Assembly (NCBI GenBank): GCA_030390025.1
Contig: CM059431.1
Coordinates: 116,686,001 to 116,750,000, forward strand
Direction of reading: 5' to 3'
DNA from: Squalus acanthias
Taxonomy: Eukaryota
DNA: 64,000 nt
Shown here: positions 51,200 through 63,000 of the stretch, one piece after another
Position numbering within the stretch: the stretch's first letter is position 1
Layout: each line of letters opens with the position of its first letter
Position numbers and translations under genes: made by a program
The notes under the pieces: generated by a model
Database searches by the model: none
Told to the model about the DNA's origin: nothing
Seen by the model: only the letters and a program-made list of their open reading frames with translations

Positions 51200-51455
51200 A
51201 GGTATAAGAACAGGAGTAGACTATTCAGCCCCTCGGGCCTGTTCCGCCATTCAATCAGATAATGGCTGATGTGTACCTCAACTTCATTTACACCATATCC
51301 CTTCCATAATAAAAAAATATCCATCTCAGTCTTGAAAATTTCAACTGGCCCAGCATCCACAGCCTTTTGGGGAGAGTTCCAGATTTCCACTACCCTTGGT
51401 GTGAAAAAATGCTTCCTGATTTCACTCCTAACCAGCCTAGCTCTAATTTTAAGAA
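51200..51455 (-). mobile_element. CR1 3' fragment
   Basis: WNSPQKAVDAG remnant plus CR1 tail. Confidence 0.75.
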
Positions 51456-51796
51456 ATTGTATATAGCCACGAAATGGGCAATGTTAAGGCAAAACAATGT
51501 TAAGCTGTGCCACCTGAAAATGGTCTAGATAGCACACAAAATTCATGCTCACTCTTCATTAACATGATTATAGTCATGATTTCAGCGCTAAAACTACTAC
51601 TCATTGGCTTAACACTCAACAGGTGGACCCATATCGGGGCTAGTCTTATTCACAGTCATGTTTGCCACAGGCTTTTTCCACTACTTAAAGGGGAGGTGCA
51701 TTGATGCTCCAGCACCTCATTGTCAAGACAGTTGGCTTTGTAGCTGCCCCAGCAACCAAAAGAAGAAGCTCAAGGACAAGCAAGAGTTGTGTACAC

Positions 51797-53500
51797 ATGG
51801 CAGATCGTCGCACCAGGGAGAGCCCGGAGGTTCTCCGATGAAGCTCTGGAGGCACTCGTAGTTGCCATGGAGAAGAGGCGGGCTGTCCTCTACCCGCAAA
51901 GTGGCAGGAAGCCCTCGCCCTATACATCCCATATCATCTGGCAGGAGATTGTGGACCATGTGACAGCCAGCACTGTGGTCCCCAGGTCCACCATCTGGTG
52001 CAGGAAGAAGTTTAATGACCTCACATGGGTGGTCAAGGTGAGTGAAGGCTTAAGCAAATGCCACATACCACCATCTGCACCACAAGCCTCACACACTGCT
52101 CAATGCACCACACCCCCAGCGCTCGCCTACCAACAATCTCTACCTTTCACCACTCACCCTCACAACTTTACCACTGCTGCAACACTCACACCCACATCTC
52201 ACACCTTGCACACACTGACGGTTATTCAACTATGGCAGCCACATCACCCAAACACATTGCACCACACTCACTCATACATTTCTCTTTCTCTTGCAGGCCA
52301 AGCTGGCACATGATCACCGGGAGCAGCAGCAGACAGGCGGGGGCCAGGCGGACATGCAACACTTCAGCCAGCTGGAGGAGCAAGTACTCCAGATAATTGG
52401 GCGACACGTGGTAGAGGCCGTGGCAACCAGCGAGGTTCAATCCCTTGGGGACAACAACGGTATGTTAATTCCTAATCCTTCTTCTCACACCCCGCTTCCC
52501 CCTCAGTCCACAATCTTTACTCACTTTCAAGCTACTCCTGCTGTATGCATTCATTTCTGGATCTTCCCCCACCCCTCCCCCCATCCTCTCCCCTCATCAT
52601 AGCACGACTCTTGTGCCTTTCTGCTTTCAGATAATCAACAAGCACCCAAGCAGCCTGTCCCCGATTTCATTGCAGAGAGCGAAGGGGGGAGAAGAAGAGG
52701 AGGAACAAGACACCGCATCACCGCATCTCTCCCTCGCAGACACCAGCTCAGAAACTGGCACTATACGAACTTTAGAGACTAGTGTAGAAGCGGGATCTGC
52801 ACAGGGTGAGGCACTGGGCATGAGTGGGCTGCAGCAAGGCCAGGGGGAAAGGGTATCTCGGGGGCCAGCTCCCCGGAGGGCGAGTTCGCGCGTGAGTTCT
52901 GATGCACAGGACTCAGCTAAGGACCTCGATGGGGAGGAAGAAGGGTGATGGGCATGCACACCGAATTGATGGGTGCAATGGCAAGCCTGCCAGAGAGCAT
53001 CTGGGCAATGTCAAGGAGCGTGGAGGAATCCGCTTCCAACATTGCACAGGGCTCTGCGCAGAGCATGGAGCCCACGATTTTCAGCCTGGAAATGATGGTA
53101 CACTCCCAAAGAGACCGTGGCGACCCAGAAGTGATGGTGCACATGATGGGCAATGTTGCAGCTTCCATTGCAGGACAGGCAGAAGCGACCCAACGTCTTA
53201 GTGCTGCAACGGAAGCGCAGACCGCTCTCTGCTTCGTGCCATCGAAACTCAGGCTGCTCTCGTGCAGTCTCAGCGTGATGCCACCCAAGCTCAGACCTCT
53301 GTCATGTAGTTTCAGCTTGAGGCCACCCAAGCTCTGACTACTGCCATCGTGGCTGGGTTTACCACTGTCGACCGGGGCTTTTAGGGTTTAGCAGCAGGCC
53401 AGCAATCTGTGCTCCAACAGATTGCTAGGAATCCTGAGGCCCTGCCTTGGAGGAGTGGCAGTGGGTCAGTGAAACAGGCCCCCGCTGTCCTCTCTTAAGG
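51797..53500 (+). pseudogene. Harbinger Myb/SANT-like DNA-binding protein; exons 51797-52037, 52297-52459, 52631-~53500
   Basis: RFSDEALEALV…WQEIVDHV…RSTIWCRKKFNDL, then KLAHD.REQQQTGGG. GT-AG introns (AAG|gtgagt, ttgcag|, G|gtatgt, tttcag|). Frameshifts present. Confidence 0.85.
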
Positions 53501-53501
53501 T

Positions 53502-54445
53502 CATGATGCGGAGATGCCGGTGTTGGACTGGGGTGGACAAAAATGAGAAGTCGCACAACACCAGGTTATAGTCCAACAGTTTTATTTGAAATCACAAGCT
53601 TTCGGAGCTGTTGCTCCTTCATCGGGTGAAGTAAAGAGATACAGAATCGCCAAAGCATATATAGATAGAGAACAATGCATGTGTACCTTACAATGGTAGA
53701 CGACTAAATTTAATCATCCTGACTCTTTATCTGCCGAGGTGTGACAAAAGGCAATCAGGTCAGCCAGGAAGGACCCACATCAAAGACATAGCAAGATACA
53801 ACTGAGACAATGAGGTGGAGTTACAGGGGGTCTAACGTGTCAAAAGCTGCAGTCAGTATGTAAAACGATAAACTTTAAAATTTTTACTTTTTTACTGGGA
53901 ATCACATCTGTGAACAAGCCAACGACGACTCGAGTCTGGATCACGTCATGTATTGTGACATAAACCCAAGATCGCGGTTGAGACCGTCCTCATGAGTGCG
54001 GAACTTGGCTATCAGTTTCTGCTCGATGATTTTGCGTTGTCGTGTGTTTCTAAGGCCGCCTTGGAGAACGCTTACCCGCAGATCCGAGGCTGAATGTCCT
54101 TGACTGCTGAAGTGTTCCCCGACTGGGAGGGAACACTCCTGCCTGGTGATTGTTGCGCGGTGTCCGTTCATACGTTTTCTCAGTGTCTGCATGGTCTCGC
54201 CGATGTACCATGCCGCGGTGCATTCTTTCCTGCAACGTATGAGGTAGACAACGTTGGCCGAGTCACATGAGTATGTACCATGTACCTGGTGGGTAGTGTC
54301 CTCACGTGTGATGATGGTATCTGTGTTGATGATCTGGCATGTCTTGCAGAGGTTGCCGTGGCAGGGTTGTGTGGTGTCGTGGTCGCTGTTATCCTCAAAG
54401 CTGGGTAATTTGCTGCGAACAATGGTACTTCTGAGGTTAGGCGGC
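53502..54445 (-). mobile_element. PLE3: 5'-truncated Penelope-like copy (GIY-YIG + pLTR) inserted in the Harbinger element
   Basis: GIY-YIG ORF 53941-54445. Same terminal CATGATG.GGAGATGCCGGTGTTGGACTGGGG as PLE2. Hammerhead at 53592-53629 with the core mutated to CCGATGA. Confidence 0.92.
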
Positions 54446-54791
54446 CACAGATGCTCGAGGTCTTCCTGCAAGGCCATCTGAAGTCTCCCACATGGAAACT
54501 CAGCAGCCTTCCACCAGCTATGCTGCAGCCACTGGGGGAGCACTTCGTAGGTGCACTAGATTAGGAAAAGCCACATGAAAGACAGGTATTAAGGGATTGC
54601 ACAAGGATGATTAGTTAATATTTTTCAAGTAAATATGTGTGAATTGATTTAAGGTAAATTTATTCATTTTGTTTGTAATCTTTTGTGGTGTTTCTCATTT
54701 CAGCTTTTTGCCCAGGAGGACGCTGTGATATTCCGTGAGACAGGGGTGGTATGATGGGGATGTGGTGAGCAATGGGGATCTGGGGTTGCAC

Positions 54792-55938
54792 TCATTGGAA
54801 TCGGAGTCTGATGAGCCATTCACGAGGAGCCCGTGCAGAAGGACGATTGGCTGCCTGCCTCCTCCCTTCCCCCACTTCCTCCTCCTCATCCTCGTCCTCC
54901 TCCTGAGGTGGTACCACAATCCCTGGTGGCAAGGACGGTGCCCTCATGATGGCTAACTTGTGAAGCATGCAGCAGACCACCATGAAATGGAACACCCACT
55001 CCACCCGAGTATTGGAGGGCTCCTCCCGAGCGGTGATGGCAGCAGAACCGTTGCATTAGTAGCCTGATGGTCTGCTCAATGATGTTCCTGGTGGCAGCAT
55101 GGGTCTCATTATATGACTGCTGGGCACGAGTGTTGGGGTTGCGGAGGGGAGTCATGAGCCAGGTGGATAGCAGATAGCCCTTGTCTCCGAGCAGCCTCCC
55201 TTGAGTTTTCTGTGGTGGATGGAAGATTGCTGGCATGCCGGACTGATGCAGGATGAAGGCATCATGGCTGATGCCAGGATAGCGGGCATTGACATTGTGG
55301 AAGCGCTGTGCGTGGTCGCACACAACCTACTCATTAAGCGAGTGGTAGCCATTGCGGTTATGAAAGATCTCAGGATTGTTATGCGGCGCCCGCGAAGCCA
55401 CGTGGGTGCAGTCGATGGTGCCCTGCACCATGGGGAAGTCTGTTATCATGGCAAAGCCATATGCTTGCTTGTCCTGCTTCTCTCTGCTGAGAGAGAAGAC
55501 AACGTAATTCCTTCTCCTGGTATAGAGAGCCTCTGTGACCTCCTGGATGCAGCAATGGATGGCAAACTGAGAGATGTTCGCTATGTCTCTTGCTGCACAC
55601 TGGAAAGATCCGCTGGTGAAGAAATTGAGAGCCACGGTGACCTTGTCTGCCACTGGGAGAGCCGTGTTTGCCCTGCTCTCAGGCTGCAGGTCTGTTTGCA
55701 GGAGGTGGCAGAGTTCTGTGACCACCTTCTTGGTGAAGCGTAGCCTCCTAATACACTGCTCCTCGCTTAAGTGGAGGTAGGAGAAGTGCTCTCGGAATTC
55801 CCTAGGTGGAAAAAACCTCCTGTCAAGAGGCCTCGTGGTCCTCCTTCCTCTGAGTGCATGTTCATGTCTTCCTCGCTGCCTCTGCTCCCTCTGCTGAAGA
55901 CCCTGAAGCGCGAGGTCGACTGCCAGTACAGTCCCCAT
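54792..55938 (-). pseudogene. Harbinger DDE transposase (HARBI1-like)
   Basis: FPMVQGTIDCTHV, NRNGYHSLN, PGISHDAFIL, LLGDKGY, RNIIEQTI, acidic tail. One stop near 55327 and a frameshift near 55000. Confidence 0.92.
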
Positions 55939-57039
55939 GAGTGTGAGCAAGTGTTGTGAGCAAAAGCCTTAAAAAAAATAATGGTGACCTCCACTTGCAA
56001 CAACATGCCCTGTTACCTTAGAAACTTGAAAGAATTTACTAAAGCTGTTAGATTTGCAGAAAGTAGCACAGACCCAGTCAAAGTGCAGAAACATGTCAGG
56101 TGCACCTGGTTGCTGATGATCCCTTTGAATACCGCTGCTGGAGCCTCCTTCCTGATGATCGGGTGGCCAGACTCGAGCATTGGGGGTGGGCCGGAGGAGC
56201 ATAGATGGGGGGGGGGGGGGAGGCAGGCCAGGAAGGCGATCGGAGACCTCATGGGTGTCTCCAATCACGGGGTTGGGTTAGGCAGGGACGCTGGATCCAG
56301 GAGGTAAGTGTAAAGGCACTTACGTCCTGGATCCAGCAGTCCTCACTTTCTAGTAGCTGTCGGGTTTCCCGAGGCCTGCAGAAACCGACCAGCCACTGTT
56401 AAATTTAAAATGCAGGTTAAATCTGAGGCACGCCAGGCTTATGATAATATTTAAACAGTCGACCCGCCTCCTGAATTGGGTGGGTTGGGGTCGGGATTCA
56501 AATTTTTAACACTTTAACTTCCCACCTGACCCCAACCCTCCTGTTTTTTGGGGTTAAAATTCCCTCCTTTAGATCCAGATACAGGAATCTTTAAAAGTGG
56601 GTCTGGTGCTTCATAAAGTTATAAAAAAAAACACATATGGGGAGCGGTCACAAGATGAACAGACCCGCTGACTGGTTGTCCGCCTGTTCTGATTTACAGG
56701 CAGACCTCAATTTAGGCAGCTGGAGCATCCGACAGAAACAGGCCGGGGCCTCGTGAATATTTGGAAATCGGAGTCAAATGATACCATTTTTGCCTTTGCC
56801 AATTCCTCAACCCAACCACAAAGCAAAGGCGGTACAAGTGGGGAGGCGGCCATTTCTACCGGAATTTAAAGAGATTCTCAGCTGCTTTCAGGCAAAATGC
56901 TGGATAGTTTTAGGAGACATTTTGCTTGTTGTACATTGTGGGCTTTGGTCACGTAGACCATTTTAAAGTGCTTGTAGTGGCTGTAAAATGTTCTGAATTC
57001 TTAAGGGGCTTCCACCAACACACTTTTTTTCTTCACGGG

Positions 57040-57480
57040 AATCCTTCTGGCAATTCCACTCTGGCTGGAGGAGGAGGAGGAGCAGCATCAGGAAGAAGGT
57101 GCAAACAGAGCAACAGCTGCAGGGATAGCAGATAGAAGGAGGAGTGTTTGTAGAAATCCTTAGCCTCCCAACAGAGTTTATCGGCCCAGGGCAGCACACC
57201 TGTAGTTCTTTTTACAGAAGTGTGTAAGCAGGCTTTTCTGCACCAGGGAAGCTGTCAGAGTTCTGCCACCTCCTCCAAAACGATCTACAGCCAATTGCCA
57301 CAGGTAGCACAGGAGAGCCTGTTGCTGTCATGGTCACGGCAGTTTAAAGTTCTTTGTGTCTGTCTCCCTCCAGGCTGCCACAGGGGATATCAGTAACATC
57401 AGTCACTGCACTTCATGCTTATATCAAACAGGTCAGTGATGCCATGTCTGTTAGAGCAAATGTTTTTGCAGAAGTTTGTG
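57040..57480 (+). pseudogene. Degraded N-terminal part of a second Harbinger transposase
   Basis: EFCHLLQNDLQPIATGSTGEPVAVMVT…KFFVSVSLQAATGDISNIS…IKQVSDAM aligns with ELCHLLQTDLQP…LPVADKVTVALNFFTSGSFQCAARDIANIS…IQEVTEAL. Confidence 0.75.
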
Positions 57481-57564
57481 ATCCAACTGAAGGCCTTAAC
57501 CATTAGGTCTCCATTAGGAGAATATGGTAGAAGCCAGAGCCTGCATAGCTCTAGCATGAGCAGC

Positions 57565-58680
57565 CCTGAGAGATCAATGGGAATCGGGGGGAAACTCTCC
57601 ACTGGCTGTAGTCATACCTAGCACAAAGGAAGATGGTTGTGGTGATTGATGGTCAATTGTCACAGCCCCAGGACATCGCTGCAGGAGTTCCTCAGGGCAG
57701 TGTCCTAGGCCCAACCATCTTCAGTTGCTTCATCAATGACCTTCCCTTCAACATAAGGTCAGAAATGGGGATGTTCGCTGATGACTGCACAGTATTCAGT
57801 GCCATTCACAACTCCTCAGATAATGAAGCAGTCCATGCCCGCCTGCAACAAGACCTGGACGACGTTAAGGCTTGGGCTGATAAGTGGCAGGTAACATTTG
57901 CGCCTCACAAATGCCAGGCAATGACTATCTCCAACAAGCGAGAGTCTAACCACTGCCCCTTGAAATTCAATGGCATTACCATCGCCGAATCCCCCATCAA
58001 CAACATCTTGGGTGTCACCATTGATGCAGAAACTTAACTGGACCAGCCACATAAATACTGTGGCAACAAGAGCAGGTCACAGGCTAGGTATTCTGCGGCG
58101 AGTGTCTCACCTCCTGACTCCCCAAAGCCTTTCTACCAACTACAAGGCAGAAGTCAGGAGTGTGATGGAATACTCTCCACTCGCCTGGATGAGTGCAGCT
58201 CCAACAACACTCAAGAAGCTCGACACCATCCAGGACAAAGCAGCCCGTTTGATTGGCATCCCATCCACCACTTTAAACATTCACTCCCTCCACCACTGGC
58301 ATACCGTGGCTGCAGTGTGTACCATCTATAAGCTGCACTGCAGCAACTCGCCAAGGCTTCTTTGGCAGCACCTCCCGAACCTGCGACCTCTTCCACCTAA
58401 AAGGACAAGCGCAGCAGGCGCATGGGAACACCACCACCAGGTTCCCCTCCAAGTCACACACCATCCTGACTTAGAAGTATATCGCTGATCCTTCATCGTC
58501 GCTGGGTCAAAATCCTGGAACTCCCTCCCTAACAGCACTGTGGGAGTACCTTTACCAGACGGACTGCAGTGGTTCAAGAAGGCGGCTCACCACCACCTTC
58601 TGAAGGGCAATTAGGGATGGGCAATAAATGCTGGCCTTGCCAGCGACGTCCACATCCCATAAATGATTTTTTTTTTAAAT
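57565..58680 (+). mobile_element. 5'-truncated LINE of the same family as 60214-63565 (CR1-group, distinct from the other CR1s here)
   Basis: GVPQGSVLGPTIF, MFADD, LGVTID.KLNWTSH; tail GCTCACCACCACCTTCT.AAGGGCAATTAGGGATGGGCAATAAATG. Confidence 0.9.
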
Positions 58681-60023
58681 GCTATTACTGGTTCCAAAGA
58701 CTCCTGCATAGAGGGCTTAGCTGCAGTGTTCATTGAGGTCAATGCCAATTCCTCACACAAGTTGGTAGTGGACTCATCCACAATCTATGACATAGTTGGA
58801 TTTTTTTTACAACAGTCCAACAGCTTTGATGGTCATTTTTTTCTGAAGCCAGTCCACAGATTACCAGATTTATGGAGCGCAAGTTCACTACTTGCCACGG
58901 TGGAATGTGTGTGCTAGTCAAGTACCAATACTCAACACGGAGGTTCCTACAGTGATCGAACTAAAACTGAAGAGGGCACCCAGTGAATAATTACTACCTC
59001 ATGATATTAAAAATCTGATTGTCATCACTGAAATCCCTATTATACTGCTGTTACTATGGCCTGGAATTTTTTGGCAAAACTACAGAGTAAGAGTGGCATT
59101 ATACCATTCCCACACCCACTCCCCCAACGAGGAAATTTGCGCAAAAATGATTTACCTTGGATTTATGCCGAAACATCGGTACACACAAATTTCTTCGAAC
59201 GTTTGTATCGCTTCAGAGATACATCTGCTGAAACGCGCTGCCGCATATTTACATAGCCCCGCCCCCATGCAGTAGACTACCTCACGCCAGTTTTCTGCAT
59301 TTGCACCAAAAGATTTACGCCCAAAACTTCAGGCACAGCTGGGCTCAAAGTCACCTGATATCGGCGTCACTGAGATTTCCGGATCATGATACTGATTTTC
59401 TTTAAATTTTTCTCACCCAGACCTGCACTATACTTAACCAAAGTGCTTTCAGTCATAGTGCACTGGCAATCTTTAGACCCTCGCCCCTCCTCCCTGCATG
59501 TTCAGAAGGGCTGAACAGCTGGACTGAACCGAATCGAATGCTTTCACTTCAATCAAATCTCCTCAAGGTCTACATTTTTCTACAGTAAAAAGCTCCAGCT
59601 CTCTAATCCTGCCATGGTAATGAGGCACCTTTAAATTAGGTTTCAATGTAATAGCCCACCAGTAATATTCTATAGTATCACTTTTCCATCCCTCCACCTC
59701 TTCCCATTCCTTAATAAGATATTTCCTTGGATTATAAGGAATATAATTAGGGTGGTTAGCATTATACTCATTATGATCCATGTAACTAGTCTATTACAGA
59801 CTGGGGAGATGGGAAATTGATACTATAAAATCATATTGAAAATTCACTAGATTACTCATTTCAGTAAGATGTGGAGTGGCGAAAGGAAGGATGGGAAGAA
59901 ACAATGCACCATCTTGCCATGGCCCTGAGGATGATATGGTGCAGAAAATATGTAAATGCCATTGAAGATAACCTTACAGTGGTTATTAACCTGCAAACTG
60001 AGTATTATTTTATTATACCGTTA

Positions 60024-63000
60024 TACCTCGCCTCTGAGTCAGAAGGTTGTGGGTTCAAGTCCCACTCCAGAGGCTTGAGCGCAAAAATCTAGATTGACAC
60101 TCCAGTGTAGTACTGAGGGAGTGCTGCGCTGTCGGAGGTGCCGTCTTTCGGATGAGACGTTAAACAGAAGCCCTGTCTGCTCTCTCAGGTGGACATTAAA
60201 GATCCCATGGCACGGTATGGGAATGGTAGCATAGATGTTTTGTTACTGGACTAGTAATCCAGAAGCCTGGACTAATGATCCAGAGACGTGAGTTCAAATC
60301 CCACCACGGCAGCTGGGGAATTTAAATTCAGTTAATTAAATCAATCTGGAATAAAAAGCTAGTATCAGTAATGGTGACCATGAAACTATCGGATTGTCGT
60401 AAAAACCCATCTGGTTCACTAATGTCCTTTAGGGAAGAAAACCTGCCGTCTTTACCTGGTCTGGCCTATATGTGACTCCAGACCCACAGCAATGTGGTTG
60501 AGTCTTAACTGCCCTCTGAAATAAGAAGAATAAAACCGGACGGACCATCCGGCATTGACCTCGGGACCGGCTACAGACACGACAAAGGCACACCCAGCCC
60601 AGTCGACCCTGCAAAGTCCTCCTCATGAACATCTGGGGACTTGTGCCAAAATTGGGAGAGCTGTCCCACAGACTAGTCAAGCAACAGCCTGACATAGTCA
60701 TACTCACAGAGTCATACCTTTCAGCCAATGTCCCAAACTCCTCCATCACCATCCCTGGGGTATGTCCTGTCCCACCGGCCGGACAGACCCACCAGAGGTG
60801 GTGGCACAGTGGTATACAGTCGGGAAGGAGTAGCCCTGGGAGTCCTCAACATTGACTCCAGGCCCCATGAAGTCTCATGGCTTCAGGTCAAGCATGGGCA
60901 AGGAAACATCCTGCTGATCACTACCTACCGCCCTCCCTTAGCTGATGAATCAGTACTCCTCCATGTTAAACACCACTTGGAAGAAGAGTAGCAAGGGCAT
61001 AGAATGTACTCTGGGTGGGGAATTTCAATGTCCATCACCAAGAGTGGCTCGGTAGCACCACTACTGACCGAGCTGGCCGAGTCCTGAAGGACATAGCTGC
61101 TAGAATGGGCCTGCGACAGGTGGTGAGAGAACCAACACGAGGGAAAAACCTACTTGACCTCGTCCTCACAAATCTAACTATCACAGATGCATCTGTCCAT
61201 GGCAGCATTGGTCGCAGTGACCACCGTACAGTCCTTGTGGAGACGAAGTCCCATCTTCACACTGAGAACACCCTCCAGCGTGTTGTGTGGCACTACCACC
61301 ATGCTAAATGGGATAGATTCAGAACAGATCCAGCAGCTCAAAACTGGGCATCCATGAGGCGCTGTGGGCCATCAGCAGCAGCAGAATTGTATTCCAGCAC
61401 AATCTGTAACCTCATGGCCTGGCATTTCCCTCACTCTACCATTACAATCAAGCCAGGGGACAACCCTGGTTCAATAAGGAGTGTATAAGAGCATACCAGG
61501 AGCAGCATCAGGCGTACTTAAACATAAGGTGCCAACCTGAGGAAGCTGCAACACAGGACTACATGCATGCTAAACAGTGGAAGCAGCATGCTATAGACAG
61601 GGCTAAGCAATCCCACAATCAACGGATCAGATCAAAGCTCTGCAGTCCTGCCACATCCAGTTGTGAATGATGGTGGACAATTAAACAACTAACGGGAGGA
61701 GGAGGCTCCCTGAATAACCCCATCCTCAATGAAGGCAGAGCCCAGCATGTGGGTGCAAAAGACAAGGCTGAAGTGTTTGCAACCATCTTCAGCCAGAAGT
61801 GCCGAGTGGATGATCCATATCAGCCTCCACCTGAGGTCTCCACCATCACAGAAGCCAGTTTTCAGCCAATTCGATTCACTGCACATGATATCAAGAAACG
61901 GCTGAGCGCACTGGATACAGCAAAGGCTATGGGCCCCGACAATATCCAGGCTCTCGTGCTGAAGACCTGTGCTCCAGAACTAGCTGCGCCTCTAGCCAAG
62001 CTGTTCCAGTGCAGCTACAACACTGACATCTATTCGACAATGTGGAAAACTGCCCAGGTATGTCCTGTCCACAAAAAGCAGGACAAATCCAATCCGCCCA
62101 ATTACCGTCCCTTCAGTCTACTCTCAATCATCAACAAAGTGATAGAAGGTGTCGTCGACAGTGCTATCAAGCGGCACTTACTTACCAATAACCTGCTCAC
62201 CGATGCTCAGTTTGGGTTCCGCCAGGGCCACTCAGCTCCAGCCTTGGTCCAAACATAAACAAAAGAGCTGAATTCCAGAGGTGAGGTGAGAGTGACTGCC
62301 CTTTTTTTTTTTTATTCGTTCATGGGATGTGGGTGATGCTAGCAAGGTCAGCATTTATTGCCCATCCCTAGTTGCCCTTGAGATGGTGGTGATGAGCCAC
62401 CTTCTTGAACCGCTGCAGTCTGTGTGGTGAATGCACTCCCACAGTGCTGTTAGGGAGGGAGTTCCAGGATTTTGACCCAGCGACGATGAAGGATCGGCGA
62501 TATCCTTCCATGTCAGGATGGTGTGTGACTTGGAGGGGAACTTGGAGGTGGTGGTGGTGTTCCCATGCGCCCGCTGCCCTTGTCCTTCTTGGTGGTAGAG
62601 GTCGCGGGTTTGGGAGGTGCTGCCGAAGAAGCCTTTGCGAGTTGCTGCTGTGCATCTTGTAGATGGTACACATTGCATCCATGGTACGCCGGTGGTGGAG
62701 GGAGTGAATGTTTAAGATGGTCGATGGGGTGACAATCAAGCGGGCTGCTTTGTCCTGGATGGTGTCGAGCTCCTTGAGTGTTGGAGCTGTGCTTATCCAG
62801 GCAATTGGAGAGTATTCCAAAACATTCCTTACTTGTGCCTTGTAGATGGTGGTAAGGCTTTGGAGAGTCAGGAGGTGAGATACTTGCCGCAGAATACCTA
62901 GCCTCTGACTTGCTCTTGTTGTCACAGTATTTATGTGGCTGGTCCAGTTAAGCTTCTGGTCAATGGTGACCCCCAGGATGTTGATGGTGGGGGATTTGGC

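Larger units (their letters stand above)
51500..56545. mobile_element. PIF/Harbinger DNA transposon with two convergent genes (defective; left end not resolved)
   Basis: Myb/SANT-like gene on +, HARBI1-like transposase on -, right terminus shared with MITE family B. Confidence 0.88.

Noticed and set aside
53941..54543. 200-aa ORF as a Harbinger/GIY-YIG fusion gene
   Set aside because: The first ~33 residues are read-through from flanking Harbinger DNA into a truncated PLE; no sign of function.
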